Source: an uncultured Armatimonadetes bacterium
GTDB lineage: Bacteria > Armatimonadota > UBA5829 > DTJY01
DNA: 64,000 bases
NCBI GenBank assembly: GCA_963717145.1
Contig: OY970325.1
Coordinates: 3,424,001-3,488,000, forward strand
Reading direction: 5' to 3'
The notes under the pieces are model-generated. The model saw only the letters and a list, made by a program, of their open reading frames with translations. It did not search any database and was not told the origin of the DNA. Shown in pieces: positions 8,111-18,254 of this stretch (its first letter is position 1; the number at the start of each line of letters is the position of its first letter). Both the position numbers and the translations under genes were made by a program.

Positions 8111-10366
8111 CTCAAGTATCTCCTGGCCGAGGGGTGGGAGTGAGAGGTGCAGCTTGCCCTTCTGCAGGTCCGAGCCGGTGAGTGTGCCGAGGGATTTGCC
8201 GGTGAAGAGCGCCGTCACCTGGTAGGTACGATCGGGGAGGACCCAGGGGATGTTGATCGCCCGCTCGTCCGATCCCGCGCTGCCTCGGATGACCACCACT
8301 GCCCCGCAGCCCTCGTCGTTCAGCTTACCCCACCAGTGCCAGTCGGTGTCGGTCGGCGCGGGCACTCCGCTGTATTCGAAGTAGCGGTAGATGTCGTAGG
8401 TCTCCCTTAGTCGCCTCACGATGGCGAACCGGTCGTGGTAGCGCTCGATCTGGTCCGGCGTCAGTGATGCCAGGTCCCCCGCGAAGACCGTCGGAGCGCC
8501 CATCAGCCAACTGCAGACCTGCCGATCCTGCACCTCCGGCGTCAGGCTGCCCCGGAAGTTGACCGTCGCCGCGGCGTAGTACTCGATGCAGTAGAGCGGA
8601 AGCCCTCGGTGGGCATACAACCTCTGGCGGGCATTCAGGCATCCCTGGACAAGCTGTTTTCGAAGGTCCTCGGGCTTGTAAGTCCAGCTTTCGTTCGGTC
8701 GCTCTCCCCGGTTGCCGCAGCCCGAATAGTCGTTCGGCGGGATGTGGTACGAGCCGGCGTGCTTCAGGGCGGCGACATCCGCCGGCACACCGGGCGTGCC
8801 CCAGTAGATCTCGTGGGTGATCTCCGGCTTCATGTCAGGCGCGGCCCGCCGTACCCTGTCCTGCGCGTCGAGCAGACCTCGCAGTCCCCGGAGGAGCGAT
8901 TCCTTCTTCGTGCGGCTGTCGTGTCCCTCAGCAATATCGCCGAACTTGACGTTGCTGAGGTCCTGCTTCACGTAGGTCACACCCCAGCGAGTGTTAAGCC
9001 CGATCAGGGTGTCGGCATAGTAGTCGCGCCACGGGCTCGCGAAGCTCATGCCGAGTCCTCCACCGCGCTTGATCTCCGGGAGACTCGGCGTGAACCGACG
9101 CAGATCGTCGGAATCCGGTCGGCGAAAGTCGGAGACCCACACGCCGAGTTGCAGTCCGATGTCGCAGACGTGCCGAGCGAAGGCATGGAAGCCCGGGAAC
9201 TTGGCGGCATCGGGCGTGCCGTCACCGCAGTCCCAGGAGGGACCGGCAGTCCACCCGGCGTCGATCTGCAGGCAACGGAACCCGGCTCTTGACGCGAGAT
9301 CGGCCATCTCCCGCATGTTCGCTTCGTTCACTACCTCACCAAAATTCGACCAGGAGCACCACAGCGGCACGGGCAGATCGCTCGGCTCGGCGGCGACGCC
9401 GATTTGCTGCTCCAGAAACCTCTTGAACGGGCGCTCGATGGCCCGGTCGAGCGGAGTCGCGACGCCTGAGATCGTCTGTTCGACCCGGCCGCTGTACGCA
9501 TAGAGGAACACCGGCTCGGAGGTGAACCGCTCCATCGGGCCGAGCACCCACTCGAAGTGCTCGTCGGCGTAACCCATCGCGCCGGCCTCGGAGATTGACC
9601 GGAGCGCGGAGGGAATCTCGCTGACCGCGAGCACTCCTCGCGACTGGTCCTCGGTCCCGAATGCGATCACGCTCGAGCACGCGCCTCGCTCCTCGGGAGT
9701 CAGCAGCGTTCGATGGCGGAACTCCCCGGAGAGCGCAATGTCGTCGATCACCAGCTTCTCGATCTTGAGCCACCTGCGGCTCATGTTCCGGACCTCGATC
9801 CATTTGCGCACGACCGGATAGCCTTCGTAGACCTCGTAGAACAGGTCGATCGAGACCGCCGTGAGCGGGCCGGAGATCGACCGGACGCGGGTATTCAGGC
9901 GCGTCACCCCCGGCGACGGCGTGGTGATCCGACTGCTTATGAGGCTGAACTTGTCACCCCACGAGTCAGCGCAGACCGTGACAGGATCCACCCACGCCAC
10001 GGACCTCGTTCGGGAGGGAGTTGCACTCCCTCCCGCCCCGCTCTCCTTCACGTCCAGAGCATCGGTGCCGCCAGCCACAGTGGCCTGCTGCTCGACCGCT
10101 TCGGCCTCGCCGGGTTTCAGTCCCTTCGGACGCTCATTCGGCTCGGCGCGGGTGAACGTCACCGCGAACTCCCGCGCGGGACCCGCGAGGATCTCCCGGC
10201 CATCGACACTGAGACTGGTGGTGCTGACGTTCCTGCCGTCGAACGAGATCGTCCGATCAAGGATTCCCGCCTTGATCCGGGCTTGCTTGCCGATGAGGGC
10301 GATGCCGCCGTTGCATGGGCATGCGGCCAACACGATCACCGCCAGGATGAAGAAGAGTTTTGCCAT
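8096..10366 (-). CDS. Secreted alpha-galactosidase-like TIM-barrel hydrolase (clan GH-D, GH36-like)
   Basis: Signal peptide, WCSW, QIDAGW, KFP.F, GVW and YVKQD nucleophile-type motifs. Confidence 0.75.
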   Translation of the reverse strand: MAKLFFILAVIVLAACPCNGGIALIGKQARIKAGILDRTISFDGRNVSTTSLSVDGREILAGPAREFAVTFTRAEPNERPKGLKPGEAEAVEQQATVAGGTDALDVKESGAGGSATPSRTRSVAWVDPVTVCADSWGDKFSLISSRITTPSPGVTRLNTRVRSISGPLTAVSIDLFYEVYEGYPVVRKWIEVRNMSRRWLKIEKLVIDDIALSGEFRHRTLLTPEERGACSSVIAFGTEDQSRGVLAVSEIPSALRSISEAGAMGYADEHFEWVLGPMERFTSEPVFLYAYSGRVEQTISGVATPLDRAIERPFKRFLEQQIGVAAEPSDLPVPLWCSWSNFGEVVNEANMREMADLASRAGFRCLQIDAGWTAGPSWDCGDGTPDAAKFPGFHAFARHVCDIGLQLGVWVSDFRRPDSDDLRRFTPSLPEIKRGGGLGMSFASPWRDYYADTLIGLNTRWGVTYVKQDLSNVKFGDIAEGHDSRTKKESLLRGLRGLLDAQDRVRRAAPDMKPEITHEIYWGTPGVPADVAALKHAGSYHIPPNDYSGCGNRGERPNESWTYKPEDLRKQLVQGCLNARQRLYAHRGLPLYCIEYYAAATVNFRGSLTPEVQDRQVCSWLMGAPTVFAGDLASLTPDQIERYHDRFAIVRRLRETYDIYRYFEYSGVPAPTDTDWHWWGKLNDEGCGAVVVIRGSAGSDERAINIPWVLPDRTYQVTALFTGKSLGTLTGSDLQKGKLHLSLPPLGQEILELSSS
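10008..10035. repeat. GTTC-hairpin REP copy inside the GH36-like CDS
   Basis: gttcgggagggagttgcactccctcccg, identical to the intergenic copy at 21490-21517. Confidence 0.9.
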
Positions 10367-12487
10367 CAGTTCCCCAATCCGATCTTCGCGCGTTCCGCCC
10401 TAACGCGAGCGAGGACTTCTTTGTCGTTGAGATTGACCCCCAGCACCATCACCCCGCGCGGCCCGATCCGCAACTCGCCCGTGGGACGATCGAGCCCCTG
10501 AGTGCTGAGCGGTTTGAAGCCGGTCATCGCGGTCCAGTCGCTCAGGGCCACCGACTCACCGGTGAGTTCGAGTTCCGGCTCCCAGAGGATCGAGCGCCAC
10601 GTCAACTCCCTGCTCGCGGTCGGACGGGTTGAACAGGAAGATGAAACCCCGCCCGTCCACGAGATGCCCCGCCCCATCGATGCCCTTCCCGTCCGGCGCG
10701 TCGAGGACGTGCTGGTAGACTGTGAGGTATGACCGATTCGCCTTGAACCAGGCGGTGCACTCATTGTGCAGGTCGAGCGCCGCTGGCCTGAGCATCGCGG
10801 GATCGTCGCCCCACTGGTAGTTGAATCGGCAGGCCAGATACGTGTAGATCCTGTCCCGCAACTGCTCGATCGGCCGGTTCTCGAACCAGGTCCATCCGTT
10901 GTGCGGCGGCGATATGCAGTTGAACGGCCATGCCCACTCGGCCTGGTACGCTGCCGCCCGAGTGATGAGGTCGCCCGCATATAGGTCGTGCCTGCTGAAG
11001 AATCGGTCCGCCTCAGTGCGCTGCGGGAACAGCGGGTCCTCGCGCGGCTCGATCGTGGCCTCGGGCAGGATGTTGCTCCACGCCCAGAACTGACCCTCGC
11101 CGAAGTAGACCTGGTTCACATCGCACAGGAAGTGGATATTGCCCCACGGCCACCAAGCGCTGCGGGATGTGCTGTTGTGGCAACTCGTCGAGAATCCGGG
11201 ATGCCTGGCTCTCACTTTCTCCACGGCTTCGATCGTCGTCTCGGTCACCTTCCGATCCATGAACAGCCGCCCGAGGTTGCTCTTCTCGATCAGGTCGAGA
11301 AGGAACTCCGCGGAATCGGTCGTCCCGTCGTTCATCCAGAGGTGAAACGCGAGGCCATTGGCTCGGTTGAAGTCTCGCAGCTTTGCCCATCCGCCGGGGA
11401 AGCGATCCGGGTCGAGCTGCCAGCCATCGCCCTGCCAGCCCGCGTCGAGGTGGAACTCCTCCATGCCCATCTTCACCTGTCGCGGCAGCACGTCGAACAG
11501 CCGCTCCTGGGTGACGACTCGCTTGTCCACAGGGGTCGGGCCGCCCTGCCACAGCCAGAACTGGTTCCACTCGTAGAGCGACGGCGTATCACCCTGGACG
11601 GAATAGCGCGTCTGGATGAACCGCCGCAGGTCGAGGAACCCGATCTCCACCGGCCCGTGGAATGTCTGGATGACGAACGGCCCTGACCGGCCGCTCCTCC
11701 GCGTCCGGAACGACGGGTTCTGGATGAGGGCAAACTGCCCCTCGGCGATCCGCTCCTGGCCGCCGATCTCCGCGACGAATCCCCAGATGCCCGTTTCGGT
11801 CTGCGGATCGTAGCAGAGATGATCGGATTCCGTAGTGACCTCGAACCGCCGCCGATCGGGGATGTTCGGCCTGCCGTCGGTGAAGCCTCTCGCGAAGAGG
11901 TTCGCCGGCATGACGGGCCTGAGTGACTGCCTGACGCTCAGCACCTGGCCGATGACCGTATCGCCCAACTGCGCTTCGAAGTCCTGCTCGAGCTGGGGGC
12001 GCGTCCGAGACAGGCGCGCTCGCCAGGTGATCGCCGGTTCACCCTTGAACTGAACCACCTGTTCCGCGTAGTCCGGATACTGGTAAGCGTCCCAACGAGC
12101 GACCTGGAAGTCGTCGGATGAACGCTTGTCGCTGAGGTAGAAGACCTGGCTCGCGGCGGAGAGCAGTTCCTCGCCGGTGAGGTTGTCCCGCAGGCTCGTG
12201 ATCGTCGCGCGGCCGGCATCGATGGTCACGCACAGGGACAGCGCGGCATTCGATAGCGTGATCGATTGGCCGCTGCTGGTGATCTTGGGAATCCCGAGAT
12301 CGGCGGGGAAGCGTCGGATCTGCCTGGGATTGGTGAGATGCGACGGAAGAGGCGTTCCAGTCGCGGACGGCGGCGGAATGCTGCTCGGGTCGAGCATCAC
12401 ATATGGCGTCTTCAAGTTCTCATCACCTGCTGATGGGATGACCATCAGCACGGCGAGTACACTCATTGCCAGGAATCGGTAGTCCAT
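10366..12487 (-). CDS. Secreted divergent GH-D-like hydrolase (one frameshift)
   Basis: FHLDAGW..W..DP.RFP.G motif. Removing one base from CCC 10608-10610 joins the C-terminal frame ending at 10366, which overlaps the next start (TGATG). Confidence 0.65.
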
Positions 12488-12554
12488 CTTGCCCCCAGAC
12501 TGTCATTGCGTTCAGGTATGAATTCAGGCATGCGGTGTCGAATACCTCCTGTGA

Positions 12555-12660
12555 AAGATGTCCCCCTTGCGAAGGGGGACCGGCCTCTGGGCCGAGGGGG
12601 TCTGTGTATGCGAACCTCCCCCGGCCTGCTGGCCGGCCCCTCCTTCGTAAGGAGGGGCAG
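12555..12660. repeat. CCCCTT..AAGGGG double-hairpin repeat
   Basis: 12555-12604 matches 63632-63681 at 49/50 nt. An inverted related unit follows at about 12615-12658. Confidence 0.85.
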
Positions 12661-12674
12661 ATCAGGAGAAAGAC

Positions 12675-14894
12675 ATGAAACTCATCCTTGCCGCAATGAT
12701 ACTGATAGTCGCCGTGCCGAGCATGGCGGCGAAGATACCGACCGTCGAGCAGGCGATCGCCTCGAAGACCGACCTCTGGGGCGAGATGTCCATGCGCCTG
12801 CCGAACGGACCGACCTACGAGTTCTTCCGGGATCTGCTCCCACCCCTCAGATACGTCGACGCGCCCTTCCTGCACTATCCGATCGTGCTCAGCCCGCCGT
12901 GCAGCAAGGTCAAAGCCCGGTTCATCAGCAACGGGAGCGCCGTCAATGCGCTCGCGAGACAGATCAACTGGCGCGGCGAGACCGGCATCCCCGTGAGGTT
13001 CTACCTCGGCGAGTACGGCTCGGTATTCGGCGCGGACCTCCATGACCTCGACGGCCCGCGTTACGCGAAGGGCTACCTGCCGATCGTTCAGAATCAGTAC
13101 CGGCGCGGGGATGCCGTCGCCGCCCAGGAGGCGTTCTGCAGCACGGACCCGACCTACGCCGAGAACGGGCTCGTGTTCGTGAGGTTCACCGGCAAGGGTA
13201 AGCTGATCGCCCAGATCTCGCTGACCGTCGAATCGGCGATGACCGGCGTGGATGGCGTCGTGAGAGATGCAGAGGGGAATGCGATCGCCTGGTATGATGA
13301 GAGCTGGAAGTGGACCCCCGGCGCTCAGCGGCTCGTCGCGAACCTCTCGCCTGGCAAGCCGGCGCATCTGGCAGTTTTCACGAAGACCACCACGAATCAA
13401 CTCCCGAAGCTCGACGCCGGTGTCTACAATGCGCATAGAGCCGGGTGCATCGAGACCTGGGATTCCGTGCTCAGCAAGGGAGTGCAGATCGAGACGCCCA
13501 AGCCGGTCGTCAACGATGCCTGGCGGTCGCTCGTGATCGGCACACTCGAGCTGATGAACGGCGATGAAGTCCACTACAGCATGGGCAACCAGTACGCTAA
13601 GATGTACGTCGGCGAGGGCGGCGACACGATCCGGGCGCTGGCGCTCTTCGGCCAGACGGAGGTCGCCCGGCGGCTGCTCGTACCGCTCATGGACTACAAG
13701 CGCGACGACCTGCTCTTCCATCAGGCCGGCAAGAAGCTCCAGCTTCTCTCCCATTACTACTGGCTCACCCGCGATGAGTCCTGGTTCGATGAGCAGACCG
13801 ACCGCGTGATGTTGCAGGTCAATCGCCTCGTGAACGGACGCGAGCCTGAGAAAGGCCTCGCGCCTAGGGAGAGCTACTGCGGCGACATCCACACGCCGGT
13901 GTACTCGTTCAACTCGAATGCGAACGGATGGGGCGGGCTCGTCGAGTTCTCGGCGGTCCAGGCCGATATGGGCGACCACGCGGAGGCGCGACGGCTCGCT
14001 CAGTCGGCGGCTGAATGGAAGCCGAAGATCCAGGACGCCGTCGATAAGAGCGTCCGGAAGGATGTCGATCCGCCGTTCGTTCCGGTTGCCATGTTTGGCG
14101 AGGAGCAGCCATACGATCCGCTGACGGCGACCCGGCTCGGCGGATACTATGACCTCATGGCGCCGTACATGCTCGGTTCGGGATTCTTCCCTTACGATTC
14201 GGATGAGGCCGGGTGGATCACCAGCTATCTGGAGCAGAAGGGCGGGCTGATGATGGGCATGGTTCGCGTGCGACCGGATTCGGACTTCTACATCGCGAAC
14301 CAGAACATCGACGATCTGTACACGCTCCGGTACACCGTGAACCTCCTCCAGCGGGACGAGGTGGATCGGGCGCTGGTGAGCTTCTATGGCAAGCTGGCCC
14401 AGGGTTTCACGCGCGACACGTTCATCGGCGCGGAAGGGAGTTGCCCCACGCCGCTCGATGAGTTCGGCCGGCAGTTCTACCTCCCACCGAACAGCGCCTC
14501 GAACGCGTTCTTCCTGTGGATGCTCAGGTATCTCATGGTGCAGGACTGGGACATGGACGGTGACGCCCGGCCTGATACCCTGCGCCTGATGTATGCGACT
14601 CCCAGACCGTGGCTCAAGGACGGCAAGACGATCAGGATCGAGCGCGCGCCGACCGCGTTCGGCGAGGTGTCGGTCGTGATGACCTCGCATCTGAGCAAGG
14701 GGGAAGTGACCGCAGATGTCACCGCCCCGAAGGAGTCGCCGAAGAAGATGCTCCTCCGCGCGCGCCTGCCCGAGGGATGGAAGGTAAAATCGGCGTCGGT
14801 CGGAGCGAAACCGCTCCCGGTCGATCTGACCGGCGCGGTCGATCTCACTGGCATAACCGGCAAGTTCACGATCAAGTTCGAGGTGACAGAGTGA
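12675..14894 (+). CDS. Secreted hypothetical protein, probable (alpha/alpha)6 glycosidase-like fold
   Basis: Signal peptide, RBS AGGAG. C-terminal L.L..ATPR.WL..G..I....APT.FG.VS pattern typical of six-hairpin glycosidases. Confidence 0.6.
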   Translation: MKLILAAMILIVAVPSMAAKIPTVEQAIASKTDLWGEMSMRLPNGPTYEFFRDLLPPLRYVDAPFLHYPIVLSPPCSKVKARFISNGSAVNALARQINWRGETGIPVRFYLGEYGSVFGADLHDLDGPRYAKGYLPIVQNQYRRGDAVAAQEAFCSTDPTYAENGLVFVRFTGKGKLIAQISLTVESAMTGVDGVVRDAEGNAIAWYDESWKWTPGAQRLVANLSPGKPAHLAVFTKTTTNQLPKLDAGVYNAHRAGCIETWDSVLSKGVQIETPKPVVNDAWRSLVIGTLELMNGDEVHYSMGNQYAKMYVGEGGDTIRALALFGQTEVARRLLVPLMDYKRDDLLFHQAGKKLQLLSHYYWLTRDESWFDEQTDRVMLQVNRLVNGREPEKGLAPRESYCGDIHTPVYSFNSNANGWGGLVEFSAVQADMGDHAEARRLAQSAAEWKPKIQDAVDKSVRKDVDPPFVPVAMFGEEQPYDPLTATRLGGYYDLMAPYMLGSGFFPYDSDEAGWITSYLEQKGGLMMGMVRVRPDSDFYIANQNIDDLYTLRYTVNLLQRDEVDRALVSFYGKLAQGFTRDTFIGAEGSCPTPLDEFGRQFYLPPNSASNAFFLWMLRYLMVQDWDMDGDARPDTLRLMYATPRPWLKDGKTIRIERAPTAFGEVSVVMTSHLSKGEVTADVTAPKESPKKMLLRARLPEGWKVKSASVGAKPLPVDLTGAVDLTGITGKFTIKFEVTE

Positions 14895-16267
14895 TGACCC
14901 GCGCGTCCCATAAGTCCCATATGTCCTATATGTCCTATATGTCCTATTCGGCCTGCCTTGCCGCCCTGCTTCTCCTGGCAATCCCCGCATGTGCATGGGG
15001 GCCGCACACGCAGGTCACCCAGGCCGCGCTCGATGCCATCGACGCCCAAGATCCGATCGTCAAGCATCTCGGACCGTCGTTCGAGGAGCTTCCGGCGTAT
15101 TCCTGGATGGGCGACTATAACCGCAGCATCAGGAAGGACACCGACGGCGGCCTCTACTACGCGGACGACTACCTGCTGTTTCCCGCGATGCAGAAGCACA
15201 CCAACCATGTAATGCCGGGCGTGCGGGAGTCTCTCAAGCCCTACTTCCAAAGAAGCGTGCAGGCCCTCCGAACCGAGACGCCGACCAATGCCGCGCGTTG
15301 GGTCGGTACGCTTCTGCACTTCACTGAGGACGCCGGCGCTCCCCCGCATGCGTACCCTGATGTCGGCAACCTGCACCACAAGATGGAGAACTGGATCGAT
15401 AGCGATCGGATCGGCATAGGGGGATATGAACCTCAGTTTCTCGGCACGACCGAGGACGAGGCGCTCGTGGCCTACCTGAAGCGCATGGATGCCCTGATTG
15501 CGTTCTCGATCGAGCGCGCGAAGAAGATCATCCCCCTCGCCAAAGTGGACGACCGAGCCGCCGTCGAGCCGCTCGAACTCGAATGCGCCAATGAGTGCAG
15601 CCGTGTGGTCGCCGATCTGCTCCACACACTCGGACAGATCGCGCTGTCGCCGGTTCCGGACTCGGCGAGCATCGGAGGCACGATCAAGACGAAGCCGGAT
15701 GCTCCGATGGACGGCCGGCTCGCGAAGATCGTCATCTCCGGCACGAACTACTCGACAGTGGCCGATCCCTCAGGCAAGTGGCAGCTTCACAACCTGCCTG
15801 CGGGGACGTATATGGGGAAGGTCCATTACCCCGGCTGCCGGATGGACAACTTCACGGCGAGGCTCGAGCCGGGACAGAGCCGAACGATCAACATCCTGAT
15901 GGTGACCCTGAAGCCCGTCGGAAACCTGCTCCGTAACCCGGATCTCCGCGTTCAGTGGAAGTCGCCCGGCGCGCCCGACTCGTGGTTTGTGACCAAGACG
16001 GGCTGGGAGAGCGATGTCGTTCCGGTCACAGCGGGGCAGAAGTACGAGTTGAGCGTTCGATGGAAGCATGGCGTCACCGGATCCGCGTCCGTGCGCTGGT
16101 ACACGAACCTGTCTCCCGGAATCGCGGAGTCGAAGGACGAGCAGCCGGTTGAGAAGCCTTCCATCTTCACCGCGCCCGAGAAGATGGAATCGGCATGCGT
16201 CATCATCAATACCGACCGCCCGATCGCCGATGTCTGCGAGGCGATTTCGTTCTCGGCGGTGAAATAG
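14894..16267 (+). CDS. Secreted zinc-dependent phospholipase C/P1-nuclease-like protein with C-terminal beta-sandwich domains
   Basis: Mature N-terminus W-G-x-H, LHF.ED...P.H, HH..E. TGATG coupling. Carboxypeptidase-regulatory-like segment. Confidence 0.6.
   Translation: MTRASHKSHMSYMSYMSYSACLAALLLLAIPACAWGPHTQVTQAALDAIDAQDPIVKHLGPSFEELPAYSWMGDYNRSIRKDTDGGLYYADDYLLFPAMQKHTNHVMPGVRESLKPYFQRSVQALRTETPTNAARWVGTLLHFTEDAGAPPHAYPDVGNLHHKMENWIDSDRIGIGGYEPQFLGTTEDEALVAYLKRMDALIAFSIERAKKIIPLAKVDDRAAVEPLELECANECSRVVADLLHTLGQIALSPVPDSASIGGTIKTKPDAPMDGRLAKIVISGTNYSTVADPSGKWQLHNLPAGTYMGKVHYPGCRMDNFTARLEPGQSRTINILMVTLKPVGNLLRNPDLRVQWKSPGAPDSWFVTKTGWESDVVPVTAGQKYELSVRWKHGVTGSASVRWYTNLSPGIAESKDEQPVEKPSIFTAPEKMESACVIINTDRPIADVCEAISFSAVK
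14905..14949 (+). repeat. Five 9-nt tandem units (gtccYatat-like) within the signal-peptide coding region
   Basis: gtcccataa gtcccatat gtcctatat gtcctatat gtcctattc, encoding SHKSHMSYMSYMSYS. Confidence 0.9.
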
Positions 16268-16282
16268 ACAGAGAGGAACCAC

Positions 16283-16414
16283 CCGTCAGCCCTGAGTGCG
16301 CCGGTGAATGACGGCGTGTATCGAAGGGCGGCCTGCGGAGCACCGAGGGTTTGGTGGATGTGCCACCGCCCTTCGTTACACGCCGTCATTCACCGGCGCA
16401 CTCAGGGCTGACGG
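16283..16414. repeat. Long palindromic element, CCTGAGTGCGCC..TCGAAGG family
   Basis: 49-bp arms with 1 mismatch and a variable centre. Other copies at 30944-31046, 53012-53131 and a degenerate one at 29372-29500. Confidence 0.95.
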
Positions 16415-16458
16415 TTCTTCAGAATCCAAGTATCACGACAATGGGAGGTAGATAAGTC

Positions 16459-17988
16459 ATGCGTACGATTTCCCTGGCGGCTCTGGTGATCGTCCTGAGC
16501 TGCATGATGATCCCGGCGGCGGCGAACATCCAGGCGCACAGCACGTTCAGCGATAATATGGTCCTGCAGCAGGGCATGAAAGTCCCGGTGTGGGGCACGG
16601 CGGCTCCCGGCGAGAACATCCGCGTGCATTTCAACGGCCAGACGGCGAAGACCACCGCCGACTCCGACGGCAAGTGGATGGTCAGACTCGAGCCGATGAT
16701 GGCGGGCGGGCCGTTCAAGATGCTCCTCGTCGGCAACAACAACGTCCTCTTCGAGAACGTCATGGTCGGCGAGGTCTGGGTCTGCTCCGGCCAGTCGAAC
16801 ATGTGGTGGACGGTCAAGGCCTCGAATAACGCCGAGCAGGAGATCGCCGACGCGAAGTACCCGAAGATTCGCCTGTTCACCGTCCCTGCGGCGATGGCTG
16901 CCGAACCAACGAGCAATCTCAACAGCAAGTGGGTCGAATGCAGCCCGGAAACCGTCCCGACCTTCTCCGCGGCGGCGTACTACTTCGGACGAGAGCTGTT
17001 CAAGTCGCTGAACGTCCCGATCGGGCTGATCCATACCTCCTGGGGCGGCACTCCGGCCGAGTCGTGGACGAGCCTCGCGGTCCTGAAGTCCGATCCCGAC
17101 TTCGATGCGATTGTGAAGCGATATGACGATCAGATCGCCGGCTACGAGAAGGTCAAGACGGAGTACCCGGGCCTGCTTGCACAATGGGAAAAGGACGCGG
17201 AGACGGCGAAGGCGGAGGGCAAGCCCGCCCCCGAGAAGCCCAAGGAAGCTGCATACAATCCGTGGATCCCGTCCAGCCTCTACAACGCCATGATCGCGCC
17301 GCTGATCCCGTACGGCATCAAGGGAGCGATCTGGTACCAGGGTGAGTCCAATGCGGCGAGGGCATATCAGTACCGCAAGTTGTTCCCCGACATGATCAAG
17401 AACTGGCGCAAGGATTGGGGCGAGGGCGACTTCCCGTTCCTGTATGTCCAACTCGCAAACTGGGCGCCCAGTCCACCGGAATACAACGACACCTGGGCGG
17501 AGCTTCGTGAGGCGCAGACGATGACGCTCTCGCTGAAGAACACGGGGATGGCGTTGGCGATCGATATCGGCGACACGGGCAGCATCCATCCCACAAACAA
17601 GCAGGAGGTCGGGCGGCGCTTGGCCCTGAACGCGCTGGCGATCGCCTACGGGAAGAAGCTCGTCTACTCCGGGCCGATCTACCGCGCGATGGAGCCGGAA
17701 TACGGCACCATCGTCCTGGTGTTCGACCACCTCGGCGGCGGACTGGTGGCGAAGGACGGCGACCTGAAGGGCTTCACTATCGCAGGCGCGGACAGGAAGT
17801 TCGTCCCGGCGCAGGCGAAGATCGTCGGCAACACGGTCGTCGTCAGCAGCCCTGAGGTGAAAGACCCGGTGGCCGTGCGGTACTCGTGGAAGATCAATCC
17901 GGGCGGCAACCTGTACAACAAGGCCGACCTTCCCGCATCGCCGTTCCGCACGGACGACTGGCCCGGCGTGACGGCGGACAAGAAGTAG
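16459..17988 (+). CDS. Sialate O-acetylesterase (SASA/SGNH family), secreted
   Basis: GEVWVCSGQSNM, WGGT, WYQGESN, D..SIHP motifs. RBS GGAGG. Confidence 0.92.
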   Translation: MRTISLAALVIVLSCMMIPAAANIQAHSTFSDNMVLQQGMKVPVWGTAAPGENIRVHFNGQTAKTTADSDGKWMVRLEPMMAGGPFKMLLVGNNNVLFENVMVGEVWVCSGQSNMWWTVKASNNAEQEIADAKYPKIRLFTVPAAMAAEPTSNLNSKWVECSPETVPTFSAAAYYFGRELFKSLNVPIGLIHTSWGGTPAESWTSLAVLKSDPDFDAIVKRYDDQIAGYEKVKTEYPGLLAQWEKDAETAKAEGKPAPEKPKEAAYNPWIPSSLYNAMIAPLIPYGIKGAIWYQGESNAARAYQYRKLFPDMIKNWRKDWGEGDFPFLYVQLANWAPSPPEYNDTWAELREAQTMTLSLKNTGMALAIDIGDTGSIHPTNKQEVGRRLALNALAIAYGKKLVYSGPIYRAMEPEYGTIVLVFDHLGGGLVAKDGDLKGFTIAGADRKFVPAQAKIVGNTVVVSSPEVKDPVAVRYSWKINPGGNLYNKADLPASPFRTDDWPGVTADKK

Positions 17989-18027
17989 GTGGCCAGACAC
18001 TAGACGTTAGACTTTGGACCGTGGCAT

Positions 18028-18082
18028 GTTCGGGAGGGAGTTGTACTCCCTCCCGGTAGACCGATTGGGGAGTTGAACTCCC
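18028..18082. repeat. GTTC-hairpin REP plus GGGAGTTGAACTCCC hairpin
   Basis: Same units as 21428-21611 and 44482-44584. Confidence 0.85.
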
Positions 18083-18127
18083 ACGCCGGTGCGGCGAAAC
18101 ATTGCCGTACAGTGGAGGTGAAGTGGC

Positions 18128-18217
18128 TTGACCAAGAAGGTTCTGTTAGTGGCAGCAGGGGTGGTGGTGGGCTATGCGCTTATCTCACTCATCATGTGGC
18201 TAATATATGGCAGGTAA
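18128..18217 (+). CDS. Unannotated 29-aa single-pass membrane peptide
   Basis: GGAGGTG 7 nt before TTG. MTKKVLLVAAGVVVGYALISLIMWLIYGR then TAA. Confidence 0.6.
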   Translation: MTKKVLLVAAGVVVGYALISLIMWLIYGR

Positions 18218-18254
18218 ATCTCCGAAGAGGAGCAGTCTTAGAGAGGAGCACCCC

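Noticed and set aside
12423-14996. 857-aa minus-strand ORF, and similar long ORFs at 4942-6444, 16402-18000, 20011-21702 and 58508-60040
   Set aside because: Antisense shadows of well-supported genes in GC-rich DNA, with no motifs.
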